A stretch of 64,000 nucleotides of DNA from Lama glama (taxonomy: Eukaryota): positions 29,018,001 to 29,082,000 of the forward strand of contig CM052817.1 of NCBI GenBank assembly GCA_028534125.1. Direction: 5' to 3'. A program made the translations under genes and the position numbers. The notes under the pieces were generated by a model. That model searched no databases and had not been told where the DNA came from. It saw only the letters and a program-made list of their open reading frames with translations. Below, piece after piece: positions 13,707-25,600 of the stretch (position 1 is the stretch's first letter; every line of letters starts with the position of its first letter).

Positions 13707-15568
13707 CTGGAAGAAATAACTTCTAAGTTAAGTAAGACTCTTCTCCCAACATTAGAAAGAAGAAAAATTCTATTGTTACACGGCATCTGAGCATCCAAAT
13801 GCCTCATTTACTAACGCTCCATGTACATTTATGCATTAGCTACTAACACACTGCAATTCCCAATAACTACATGGTGTATAAAATGCTTTTACCATGAATC
13901 ATAGTCTCTATTTAGATAGAAAATTTTTTCAATATTGGATAATATTTTAATATGATAATTTGGGATAAATTAGGTATCAGCCAAAATAGGAGCCTACTCA
14001 CATCATGCTTCAGTCTTCTGCAAACTTTTTCAAAACACAAAGGCTTAAAAATCTAATTTTTTTTTTTACAGAGGCAGTAGTAGCAGCACTTAAAATAGCA
14101 ATTACTGTCCACTTCCATCACAACTATTCATGTGGCTATTCACAAGACACTACTTTCAAATGCACTTAAAGCAAAAGTTCTAGTTTATGTCACGTTCTAA
14201 AAGGCAAAGAGAAATGGAAAAGTATATGCACTGGAAAACAAGCAGTAAGAAGATAATCTATAGGCAATTAAAGGAAGAAAAAATTTAGAACTTTAGAGGT
14301 GAGAATTATATGTTAAAAAACACATGGTTAAAGTAGGAAACAAAAATCTTTATGAACTGAGATAAAGCTATTAGCCAGGTATATGTTCTTCTTTTAAAAT
14401 GAACTCAAAATCATGCATCAAGTAAAACTAAATCTGCTAAATTGAATTTTCAAGCAAAACTATATTCAAGCACAGAGAATATTTGTCAGTAATAATATTG
14501 AGGAAATAACATTCATAATAATGGAAAAGCTAGGTTTTATCAAATTAGATTTATAGCTTTTCCAACTATAAACATCACAGATGCTTTTTGTAGAAAATCT
14601 GAAGATTAAAAAAGTCACTAAAGAAAAATTTACAAAATTCTATTTCTCAAAAAGAACTATAGTTTTGTTTTTCTTTGCATATGCTTGACTATCTGAAATA
14701 TTAGAAATTTTAAAATTATATGTGTTTTTACCATTTGATATTAGTATTTAAGTATTTTCTGTGTCATTGATTTGTTTGCAGAGAACTGAGATCCAATTAA
14801 AAACGGCTTAAGCAAGTAAAGGTAAATTTTAGCTTGTATGAATAAAAAGGTTACTGATAAGGCCAGCAGTACGCTTGTTCCAGCTTATGTGCTAAAATGA
14901 ATTAACCAAAAATCCATCTTCATCCACCTCTTAGAAGTGATCTTCCCTGTGTTGGTTTCATTCTTACTCAGTTCTTTCTATAAAATGGCAACAACAACAA
15001 TAACAAAAACAACCCTAGGAGCTTTTCAGTTTACTTTACATTTAGAAACTCCCATGGAAAGTTTCTGCCTCTTCAGCAGTACTCCCGGCCAGGGTTTTCA
15101 GTGGGGTCTTTCACTCTACCCAGGAGGATAGAGGATTGATTGCTCAGCCCTTAATTGCCTGGGAAATTTGGGAGTCATTGGCATGAAGCCGAATCTAAAG
15201 GTCTGAGGCTAGACAAGATGACTGCCTAGGGAACAGGTACAGATACAGAAGACAAGAGTCTGAAAATAGGCCTTAGGTCCCACAATCAGACTTTCGAGTA
15301 GATTCACATTCGGTGGAGAACCATGGCTGTGGATTCTCTTTTGTATAAAATCCATAGTCTCAGTGAATCAGAAAGGCCGTGGACTAAAAAGCCCATGCAT
15401 GCTAACATACACCAAGGTTAGGCCCAAGATGACAGCTATTGCAATGGACAGCACTAGAAAATTGTTATCACAAAATCCAATTAAAATAGTGCAATTAAAA
15501 TTTACTAAATGGGTTAAACAAAAGCCTACATTCAACTTTAAAGAAAAAAGAAAATCACTGCTTTGTAC

Positions 15569-15770
15569 CTAATGACTGTGAATTTCTTTCTGGTCAAACA
15601 GCTGAATAAGACAGCCTGCTCATCTTCAAAATCAAGTTCAATAATACATGGGAAGCCATGATAAAAGACAAACTGTCATCCAAGATTAACATGTATTTTT
15701 GCACTTGACGTAAAACTGCCACTTCTGAGGACATTCAATGTCCTTCGAAAATTTTATCAACAAGATCAAA
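15569..15770 (-). pseudogene. Internal pseudo-exon, SWIM-region-like
   Basis: Acceptor tcttgtgcag and donor AG/gtac. After an early frameshift it reads NFRRTLNVLRSGSFTSSAKIHVNLG*QFVFYHGFPCIIELDFEDEQAVLFSCLTRKKFTVI. Confidence 0.65.
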
Positions 15771-16023
15771 CTGCACAAGACCAGAATTTTTAAAAGTAAT
15801 TTATCCTCTATAACAATTTGCAAGGAACTTGGCATGACAGAAAATAAAATAAGAATAGCTTTACTACTATGTTCAGCTCATGTTATAATGGATAATTTGT
15901 AATATTTCCTTTGGAATTTTTTAAATAGTATAAAGTAACCTGAGTGAAAATTTTATACAATATAAGTATATCTAAATACCCTTATTAGTTTTTGAACATA
16001 GCATGATGCATAATCTATATTAC

Positions 16024-16084
16024 TGCTGCAGGAATCCTTCAATTGTACAAAAGAACCTGTATATCAATTTTTTGTTAGATTTCC
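16024..16084 (-). pseudogene. Internal pseudo-exon (61 nt)
   Basis: Acceptor tttcttcttttaacag and donor gtaata. Open frame KSNKKLIYRFFCTIEGFLQ. Confidence 0.6.
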
Positions 16085-18060
16085 CTGTTAAAAGAAGAAA
16101 GTATTACAGAAGTTTACAAATTAATTCTTCGTCTACAAGATCATCTAGTCCCAATTCGTAAGACAATCAAAATTTCACTGTGTAAAAAGCATGTTCTAAA
16201 GAATTCAAAGCAAACTTATTAATAATATTCTTCATCCCCAAAGAAATAATTAAAAGATAACTTTCACATTTATTTTATATACTTCTGTTTTGCAGGACTT
16301 TTTCAAATAATAATTTCCTTTTATAATCATTTAAAAGTAATTTGTAGTCTTCATGATGTACTAGAAACATATACCAATTATGTCAAATTGTAATATGCAA
16401 AAAGATAAACTCTTTTTCTTGATTTAAAAAAACACAGATTTGGGTCTCACATTGAAGAGAAATCTAATAAAATAAGTCTAGGGTGGGGCACCAGGATTCT
16501 ACATTTAAGTAAGCAAACTCAGTCTGTAGACTACAATTCAAAACACACTAATAATGGGGAATAATTACATAATGCTGTAGAGAAGGAGACCTTTCTGGGT
16601 CTGTTAGCAAAAGCAAAATCTAGGAAGAAAAGATAGACAGACAGACAGACAGATAGATAAATCTAACAAATAAAAATGTAAAGCTAAAGTATGTCAGAAA
16701 ACACTGATCAAAATTAAAAAGCAAATAATGAATTGTGAAAATTATTTTACAATAAAAAATCAGTTAACACTGATATAGTAAAATGTTTAAAAAGCAATTA
16801 AAACAAAAAGCATCCTAATAGAAAAGACCTATAAGATTCTAGATCTCAAGACTTTTATCTATTAAATGCCTAAAAGCAAAAAAAATTACCAATTAACCGC
16901 GAAGTGTATAGCTGTTAAGAATACAAAGCAGTCACGAGGATTAGACAGGGCCCAGAAGGGTTTAGGGTTGGGGTCATAAATGGTCACAGCAAGCTGAAGG
17001 TTTGAGGAAGCAGAGTTAGAAGGCAGAGTAATGGAAAGGCTACACAAGTCAACACAAAGAACACAGCACTGCTGTCAAGCTCCTGACAATTCACGAACTT
17101 CGGCTGCTGAAATTGTTAGTGCTGCCTTGGATCAAGTTCCATTTGTATGATGGCCAGCTTTACTATGGTTTCCATTCATGGAACCCTATTCCATCTATGT
17201 CTCTCTAATTGCCCTAAATGTTTCCTTACCATAAATCCTTCATTATTAAGACAACTTGAGTGAGTCTCTGTTTCCTTAAACTAAAAGATCGTAACTAGAA
17301 CATCTGCAGAATCCTATCTAATGCATCAGTCTCGAGCTAACACACATTTGGCCTTGAAAGTCAGAAGAGTGTCCCTCATTTTCCCCTAGTAATAAGGTAG
17401 CAGCGAGGTCATGATATGCTGTTACGTTTCATACAACCAGGCTAAATAATTACATTCTATATTTATAGGCAAGAATCCATTACACAGATTGTAAGCCTTT
17501 TATGGGGAGGAGCTACATCTTTTGCTTTTAAGCCACAACCGCATACGAAGTATTAAATAGTTGATGTGTACCTGGATTTATTGTGATCTCTCCATATTCT
17601 CCCTTGTCCTGCCTTTGCTGGAGTCAGAAAAGCACAAATTCTGAAATTAAAATATAAGATTTGCACATTTACCTTTTGTCTTAAACAAACAGTACCATTA
17701 TTTCAAATCAGTACTCTCATTTTCAAAATATGTTTTTTAATGACATAATTAGTAACTTGGTTCCATCTATAACATTGGTGGCACTCTGCTTGATAAATAA
17801 CATTCCAAAAAATTTCCAGCATGCACAAATTTTCTTAAACAAGTTTAAAATACACACACATACATTCAAATATATATTTATATTTTATATGTACAAATTG
17901 CTATTGGTTATCCATATCACATTATATGACTTTCATATTATGACGCTTTATAATGCTTCAGTTACTTAAGTCAATTCTTCAGTATGTGACCTCGTAAAAA
18001 ATGAAACATAGGTGGCTAGATAGATAGATGGAAACACACACACACACATACTTTGCTTAC

Positions 18061-18391
18061 TTGTTATTCTAAACAATTAAACTCATATAAATTAAAACTC
18101 ATGAATTAAATCAGATGCCACTTGAAAGTTTTTATCTGAAGGAAGCGTTCACTTGACAAAAACAAAGAAACTGACAAGCTGAGACCCTCTACTCACACAA
18201 AAGCAGGTCAGCATTTCAGTGCCTCATGAATGCTCCTTTTAAGAATCATTTCAGGAAGTGTATAGTGTATGTTTCCCAAGCATTCCAGGTTAAATGCTTG
18301 GTGTAGTTTTGTCTACATTAAAGTCAACTTGGTTATTGAGTTTTACTGATGAGGTTTATAGGGTAAGGTTGATCTAGATGATCTTTTTTTT
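18061..18391 (-). pseudogene. Internal pseudo-exon, heavily decayed
   Basis: Acceptor cttcattttcag and donor gtaagc. The 3' end ..QVASDLIHEF*FI*V*LFRIT joins the 61-nt exon in phase 1. Confidence 0.5.
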
Positions 18392-19505
18392 CTGAAAATG
18401 AAGATGATTTGGTTAAGTCCCACTGTTAATTCACACAAAGTTCTAACAAAAAGAATAAAATTGCATAAAAATAAAGCTTGATTATAGGACAAGATCAAAC
18501 TGAATATTCTCTCCATTCTTGGATTTGGGCAGAATCTGTGCTTAAAATAAAAGCTTTGGGGCATACAGAAGATTTTAATATCAATGGACTTATTTTCTAA
18601 AATTTGTATGCTAAGAGTCTCTCAGTCCATCTTAAGACAGAGAGAACAAAAAAGCTGAACAGAAAGCAACTGTTTTAGCGATTGGAGGTATCAGGTCCAG
18701 ATGAATGCTGAGAACAGGCTTCACTACCATCTCCACTTCCGAGAACTAAAACTTAGATGAATACGTGAACTATTGAAAATATACTTCTTACCAGCACTCC
18801 CTGATATCAACAGCCTGCAGAGGATATGAGAATCCTTTGGCAGAGGGGCACCACTGAGACCAACTCCAAATTCTGGGAGGGACAGCACTCTGCATCATTC
18901 TCAATGAAATCCCACACGTAGCCAAACTTAATCCTCTATTTATAATGGCCCCACTGAAATGCAACTCAGAAATTAAGGAGGCAGCTTCTCATACAAGTAT
19001 TATTCATAATTCAAAGACAGAGATACTTTGCCAACAGGGTCATCAGGACACAGGAAATGCACTGTCTAAAAGGCATGCTAATCGATACTGGCACTTCAGC
19101 TCTCATTCAAGCTTCAGCGTCTGTCAGCTTTCAGCTTGCAAACTCAGGGATACAGCTAGAGATTCTACATGAAATAAGAACACTTAGGCAGAGTGTGGTG
19201 GCCAGACAGCATCAATATAACCTAAAGATCAGAGAATATTATTTTTCAGATGGCAGGGAAGTCCAGGATTGTTTTCAGAGAAGGGAAGATGGCTTAGGAT
19301 ATTGTGGCATTTAAAATAGTGTTTATAGATAGTAATCACTGCAAAGTGGAGGTTAATAGATGAATTTTTAAAGTTCTTCTTATACATTTTCACAAGTTTT
19401 GTCAAAGTTGCTGCAAAGAAACTTTCTTTAAAGTCACAACAATCACAAAATCGGTATTGTGAAATGGAATGTGGGTTCAGTTCCACTCAAAATATATCTA
19501 ATTAG

Positions 19506-19985
19506 TGTTATTAAAGAAAACCCAGAACTGGACATCAGTTAAAGCAGTAAAAACTTATTTTATTCAGGATCTATTGCAATAGGGGAAAAGAGACCTCAGT
19601 ATAGAATCGGGCTCATTTCAGAATACAAGAACAAGTAGGGATTTACACCAAGAATCAGGGTGGTGGTAAATGGATGGAAAATTAGTAAGAGGAAATATCA
19701 GGGGTAAGTAGGGATTCTAGCTAAACCACTTTGACAGGATTCTCGCTGAAGGCAGGCCTGGGTGATCAGATATTACCTGGGAGACAGTAGGGGATAAGGA
19801 ATTTGATCAGCTATTGAAGGTGATCAAATATGGAGAGGGGTTATTCTTGCTAAATTGACTTAGCAAGACTTTTGCTAAAACTAGGCAGTGCAAAGAGGGA
19901 CACCAAAGCCCAAATGTTGGAACTAGCTGAGAGGATGGCTCAGAGGACCCTGTCTAAAATTTGGTCAAGGAGAGAGTCTTTCAAT
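19506..19985 (-). mobile_element. ERV1-like solo LTR
   Basis: tgttattaaagaaaa start, antisense polyA signal, LTR-like length and composition. Confidence 0.5.
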
Positions 19986-20902
19986 ACATACCAGGCAGAT
20001 ACAATGTAATAACTGCAGTAAGAGGTAAGAAGAAAAATCAATTATGATTGCTGCACAAAAGAATCTTACACTCAAGCAGGGGAGATATGACACTTCCTTA
20101 AGTATGAACATTAGACCTGAACCAAGACTAAGACTATTATTAAAATCATGTTGCCATTAATGGTGCAAATCACAAACGTCCTAAAACCTCACCAGACTGA
20201 ATGGTAAACTTTAGCATGACCTTTTGAGGATGTCTTCACCATTGTCTCTGGGGAGTCTCTCTTGGAGGTAGTCCCTGAAGTTCATGAAGCTACAGGACCA
20301 CAGCATCAAGTCTTTTACTGCTGGCCTCCAGCAGTTCTGAGAGCACATGATCATCTAGAAACCACTACTATGGTCACTACCTAGCTTGGGAAGGGTAAGA
20401 AGAGTCTGCCTTTATATCCCTCTAGCAGAGCTCAGTTCAACATTTCATGAGACTTCAGAGAAGGGTTAATACCAATGTAGAGATTCCCAAGTCCATAAGC
20501 TCAGTACACAAGCACTTCCAGGCTTAGGTAAAAGGCTACCTCCATGCGGCATGGACTAGTGTCATTCCACCCCAGCTACACCTGCACGTACTAACACTTC
20601 TTTGTGAATGTTAGATCCTACCTCCCACATTTACCCTTCTAACTTGAAGGTCTGCCTTCCAAGTTCTTATTTCTTCTCCTACTTATGTCTCTCTGCAGGA
20701 AGACGTACAGGGGACATATTTGCTCTATTCAGGGAAAATTCCACCACTGCCATCATCAGTAATGTGTCCTGATTCTCGCTCCACAAATGGATAATCACTT
20801 GAAAACACAGTGGTTCAACTGTACCATTTTCCCAATGCAGAGTCATTCACCATATATAGATTACCAGCAGTTAATCCAATTTGAGCTACCACAAACTAAG
20901 TA

Positions 20903-21475
20903 ATTTTTATTTTTTAATTTTTTATTGATATACACTTTTCTCTTTTCTTCAACAAATTTATTTTCAATTGAAGTATATTCACCTACAGTATTGTACCCAA
21001 TGTACAGCACAGTGACTCAGTATTTTTGCAGATAATACTCCATTATAGGTTACTACAAGACAATGGGTAAAATTCCCTGTGCTGTATATACTACCCTTGT
21101 CGCTTATCTATTTTATATATAGTAGCTTGTATCCATTAACCCCATACCCCTAATTTGTCCCTCCCCTACATCCCTCTCCCCTTTGGTAACCACAAGTTCA
21201 TTTTCTACATCTGTGCATCTGTTTCTGTTTTGCATATACATTCATTTGTATTATTTTTTACATCACACATGTAAGTGATATAGTATTTGTCTCTCTCTGT
21301 CTGGCTTATTTCACTGACTGTAATATTCTCTAGGTCCATCCACGTTGCTGTCATGGCAATATTTCTTTTCTATGGCTGAGTTAATATTCCATCATATATA
21401 TTATATATATATATAAATAAAATATATATATAATAACATCTTCTTAATTCAAACATCTGTTGATGGACACTTGGC
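20903..21475 (-). mobile_element. L1 3' end
   Basis: T-rich tail followed by ttccctgtgctgtata..ctttggtaaccacaagtt..ctaggtccatccacgttgctg. Confidence 0.8.
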
Positions 21476-22779
21476 TATTTTCTTTTTATTTCCTCCAACT
21501 TGTATATTTTGAAAAACTTCAAACCTACAGAAAAGTTGTTAGAAAATACCATTTGACACCTATATATCCTACGTCTACATTTACCCATTAACATTTTGCA
21601 TTTGAGATTCAATTGTTGGTAGTATATAACACTTCATCTCTAAACACAATGCAGTTATCACAGGTAGGAAATGTGAGTCTATATTCAGTGCTGCCAACTG
21701 TATCAATAGTGTTCTTCATAAATCTTTAAAATGTTGATTTATGATCCCATATTGCATTCAATAGTCACATTTCTTCAGTCTCCATTAATCTAAAATGGGT
21801 CCTCATCGTTTTTGTGTGTATATGAGTCTTTCTGGAAGACCTCTGAGAAGATTCCAGTTATCTTGTAAGAACACTTTTTTTTTTACACTCTTTCCTACGG
21901 AATGAGGTGAAACTCAGGCCCACATGTCCCTCCTCTGCTTCTCAGCATCTCAGTTTCTTATGCCTCTGTGAGCAACTGATTATCACAAACCCACACAGAT
22001 AAACATCTCCATAAGAACAGATAACACTTTATACATGGAGTGCACTCCATACCCACACAGGGTAAAAAACAGGGAGAAAATTGTCCCATTTCCAAATTAA
22101 ACCCCTACCTGATCCCAGCACCACAAAAAACCTACCAAGGCAGAAAGGCAGAGCATCATTGACTCATCCAAAACAACAATTTGCATCACAGAAAGAGAAT
22201 TTTCAGTTTAAAACAGCTGCATGCTAGAGACTTGTTTCTCTAGTTTTCCGCAAGAATAAGAAGTGGGTACTGCCTGCCTGTACAGTTACATAAATAAAAT
22301 ACCTACACTGATTATTAACCTTTTTTTCTCTGTTAAAGATGATTTGTTTCAAAAGATTGTTGATGCCTCTAGCTCTTAAGAGACAAGGCTTGTGGCTTCT
22401 TTTTTCCCAGCTGTTACTCAAACTTTTCCAAATCTGTAGTCAAATATTAGCCAAAGTACCCCATTACCAAAAGCTCTATTTTTTTTAGAAAATGACTATG
22501 TTTAATGACAGTCCTCAGTAAAAAAAAATATATATATATATAATATAATGTAAATAATAAGTAAAATTTTTAAAAAGGCTTTATACCCACTGAACACATT
22601 TACACGGCTGGGGGCCGGAGGATCCCGCCGTGACAGGACTGAGGTGTGTTAAGGCCTCCAGAGCCCTGGGTCTCCGGCAGGAAGCTTTCCCCCTCCCCAG
22701 CTGCCTGGACCTTTAGGCCTGGACCCTGGGAAACAGGCCTCCAGAATCACCAACCGGAAGGCAACCAGTTTCAGAGCTG

Positions 22780-23400
22780 ACTTGTCAGTGAAGGGCAGAA
22801 GGCGCGGGGCCGCGAGCCCCTAAGGCCAGCAGCAGGCCCAGCCAGCCAGAGCTCCCGCGCCCCCAGCCCCGCTGAGGTCCTACCCTGAGGGATGGGCCTG
22901 GAGGCCGGGGGCAGCTGGCTCTGCCAGCGACCTGCACAGGCGTGCTGGAGCCCTCCTCCTCGTCCCGCCCCAGCGCCCGTCACGACCCCTCACCTTCCCA
23001 CCTGTGCTGCCCCGGCGGCCTTTCGCGGCAAGACGGCGGCGTCCAGGGAGAGGCCGTGAGATCAGACCCTTCCGGCGTTGGCGTCCCGCTCGCCCCGATG
23101 GCTCGGCCTCGGGGGCTGCAGGGCCGCGTACGCGCGGCGTACGGGGGGGCGAGCGCCCGTGTGGCAGCCCGAGCCTGCTCCCCGAGACGGGGTGTGCGAC
23201 ACCTCCGGACGGGAGCCCATCCGCTACGCGGGGAAGAGGCGCTGTGCGCCCGGCTGGCGCGGCCCGTCTGCCCGCCCTGCACGCCGGCCGGGCGCACCCG
23301 GAGTTCCGCGCTCGCCCCCGCTTCACGTCACCCGCTGTCCAAGGACAAGGCCTGCCACACCTTCCACCAGCGTTGCCGCCTCCTTGGGGATGTATAAAGC
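22780..23400. promoter_or_regulatory. Orphan CpG island; probable promoter/first exon of the minus-strand pseudogene
   Basis: Dense CpG, GC-rich block. Strong minus-strand donor GAAG/gtgagg (exon end 22994), minus-strand ATG at 23218-23220, and a TCACGTCA motif near 23323. Confidence 0.75.
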
Positions 23401-23898
23401 AGGCCTTCCGGCTTACCAAGACCAAGTTAACAGAAGGCCTTCCTGAGAACGTGCTTGGCCTTGCTCGGGATCCAAGGAAGCCCAGACAGAACCGAGATGA
23501 AGGCGCTCTGAGCGTGCTGTCCCGCTCCTTCTGGCTCTTCCTGAAGGCATCCCCGAGAGAAAGACCCAAGGCCCATTGAGGACAGTCTGATACAGCTGTG
23601 TAAATCCCAGATTCTCGAGCATTCTTCTCCGGCCAGGCGGATCCGTGCCCATTAAAAATGAGATTACGAAATCTGGCGTGATGTGTTGTAGATTTTTAAA
23701 TTTCTCTTTTGAGAAGAAAACCCCAAAACTCACCCCAAGTGATAAAGCAGGGGGCTTCATTCCTGTTGCTCTTGACCCCCCTCCCACGTTTTGGCTTGGG
23801 CAGGGACTCTCTGGGGACCTGCTGCTCGCCCCAGGACCTTTATGTCGTGTGTGTGTCTGTGCGCACGCGCGCCCCGCAACAGGACAAAGGCTGCGTCT

Positions 23899-23998
23899 NN
23901 NNNNNNNNNNNNNNNNNNNNNNNNNNNNNNNNNNNNNNNNNNNNNNNNNNNNNNNNNNNNNNNNNNNNNNNNNNNNNNNNNNNNNNNNNNNNNNNNNN
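23899..23998. other. Assembly gap (100 N)
   Basis: Run of N. Confidence 1.
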
Positions 23999-24005
23999 CC
24001 CAGCC

Positions 24006-24189
24006 TTTTTTTTTTTTAATTTTCCATCTGATTTTATTTTCAAAAACACTTTTCTTAAAAAAATACATTTTCTGTGGGGATGACAAATATCAGTATTAGG
24101 AAATCCAATTATACAAGAAATACTGCCTCTAGTCTGGGGTAGTTATATTTATTTTTGGTAACATACATTAAGCGGCACTAATTACACAG
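24006..24189 (-). pseudogene. RHOA: Retrocopied RHOA 3'UTR fragment with polyA tail
   Basis: Minus strand reads CTGTGTAATTAGTGCCGCTTAATGTATGTTACCAAAAATAAATAT..CCCCAGACTAGA..GTATAATTGGATTTCCTAATACTG..AATAAAATCAGATGGAAAATT-A12, matching the recalled RHOA 3'UTR. Confidence 0.75.
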
Positions 24190-24274
24190 GGAGAAAGAGC
24201 TCCAGGCACAGAGCCAGCTGAGCCAAGAGGAGCCGAGAAGGCGGTAACCAGCGGCAGGGACGACTCTCCCACGG

Positions 24275-24420
24275 GCCACCTATTTTTTTTTAAATTGTGC
24301 TTCCTTTACTGGACTTTGCAGACACTGTGTTTTTTACAAATTGAAGGTTTATGGTAACCCTTTATTGTCAGATGATGGTTAGAATTTTTTAGCAATAATG
24401 TTATTTTAATTAAGGTATAT
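24275..24420 (+). mobile_element. Internally deleted Tigger1-type DNA transposon
   Basis: Tigger1 5' sequence (ttttttacaaattgaaggtttatggtaaccc) joined directly to 3'-subterminal sequence (tcagatgatggttag..ttagcaataa..ttaaggtat). Confidence 0.65.
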
Positions 24421-25385
24421 ATATTTACATATTTAAATAAGACAGGATATAACAAAAAGTCCAGAGGAAAAAGAGACTGAAAAAAACTGGGAATACAAGG
24501 ATAGTAGGAGACTGGATCTAAGGATCCAAGAATCAGAAGACCCAATCGATTCACAAATAAGGGGATTTATTAATTCATAGAACAAGAAATCCTGAGGAAG
24601 GGAAACTGTAGGGTTATTAATTTAGCAGCTCAAAGTTATCAGCAACAACCCAGGATTTCGCCATCTTCCCACTCTGTCATAATCAGTGAGTCAGCTTACC
24701 TCACAAAAATATGGCTATGGTTCCTGGCATCAAATATTCCCATGTCAATGAAAGGGGTAGAAAAAGTGACTGTTTTTTCTTCGTCTTTGTGTTTAAGAAC
24801 TCAGAAACTTTCCTCAGAATGTTTCAGACATCCCTTCGTATCTCCCTAGCCATATTTGGATAACATGGCCAAACTAAAATCCGTCATTGGCAAAGTTCAT
24901 GGGATCTGAAAATTGCCTTAAACTCATAAAGATTTACCAAAACACATGGGAATGTGTGGACATAAAGTCAGAACAAAATTTAGGCTCTACCCACAGGGAA
25001 AATGTTGGGAATAAGTGTTAGATGAGCTACATCCTACACCCTCTAAAATTTGGTGTTGTAAACCTCATAAGTTTCTAACAACATGATTAAAAAAATTTCT
25101 CAGTCCAGTCCCCAACCTACTCTCCGAAGACATGGGAATTCGCAAAGGAAGTCAGTATCTTTCCAAAAGAATTCAAGCTATGACTACCAACCAGGTTGAA
25201 AGACACTTACCTTTTGCTGACGTTGAAGAGATAAAACATCAAAAAAGCAGAATATTTGGACACCAGTTTCTTACGTACACCTGGCAAATTATACTATTTC
25301 TTCCAGTTTTAAAGCCCAGTAGCAGAGAGTGAAAATATGGCATAATCTTTAGATGCACATGCTCAGAAGTCAGACTTCTACTATA

Positions 25386-25600
25386 CAGTGGTGTGCTGAA
25401 ACTGGCCCACCCAGTTTGTAAGAACTGATGGCTATGAAGGAAGTGCTATGTACTGATGTTTTACTGTACATCTGTGCCCAGCTCAGTGACATCACATTTG
25501 TAGCTTAGACTCAACCATGATGAGTATATTAACACCACAGAAACTCCCAAATGCTGCAGATCAAGGCTTCCCTCTCCCTCCAGAAAGCTGATTGTTAAAA
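25386..25600 (+). mobile_element. hAT (MER63-like) fragment
   Basis: cagtggtgtgctg..ctcagtgacatcac..acaccacagaaa. Confidence 0.5.

Larger units (their letters stand above)
1499..23220 (-). pseudogene. Spliced, decayed pseudogene; divergent ZSWIM4/5/6/8-family-like gene
   Basis: Series of minus-strand segments bounded by polypyrimidine-AG and GT. Phases are mostly compatible, and each segment carries stops and/or frameshifts. Translations match recalled ZSWIM motifs in order. A CpG island lies at the 5' end. Confidence 0.7.

Noticed and set aside
22109..22277. Possible second exon of the pseudogene (RQYPLLILAEN*RNKSLACSCFK), superficially SWIM-like
   Set aside because: The donor is plausible but the acceptor is weak, and the SWIM-equivalent region maps better to 15569-15770. 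Not called.
22771..23787. Overlapping 70-229 aa ORFs on both strands
   Set aside because: Expected from stop-poor GC-rich CpG-island sequence; low-complexity Arg/Gly/Pro/Ala content with no recognisable domain.
23645..24099. ORFs containing X runs
   Set aside because: Artefacts of translating through the 100-N gap.
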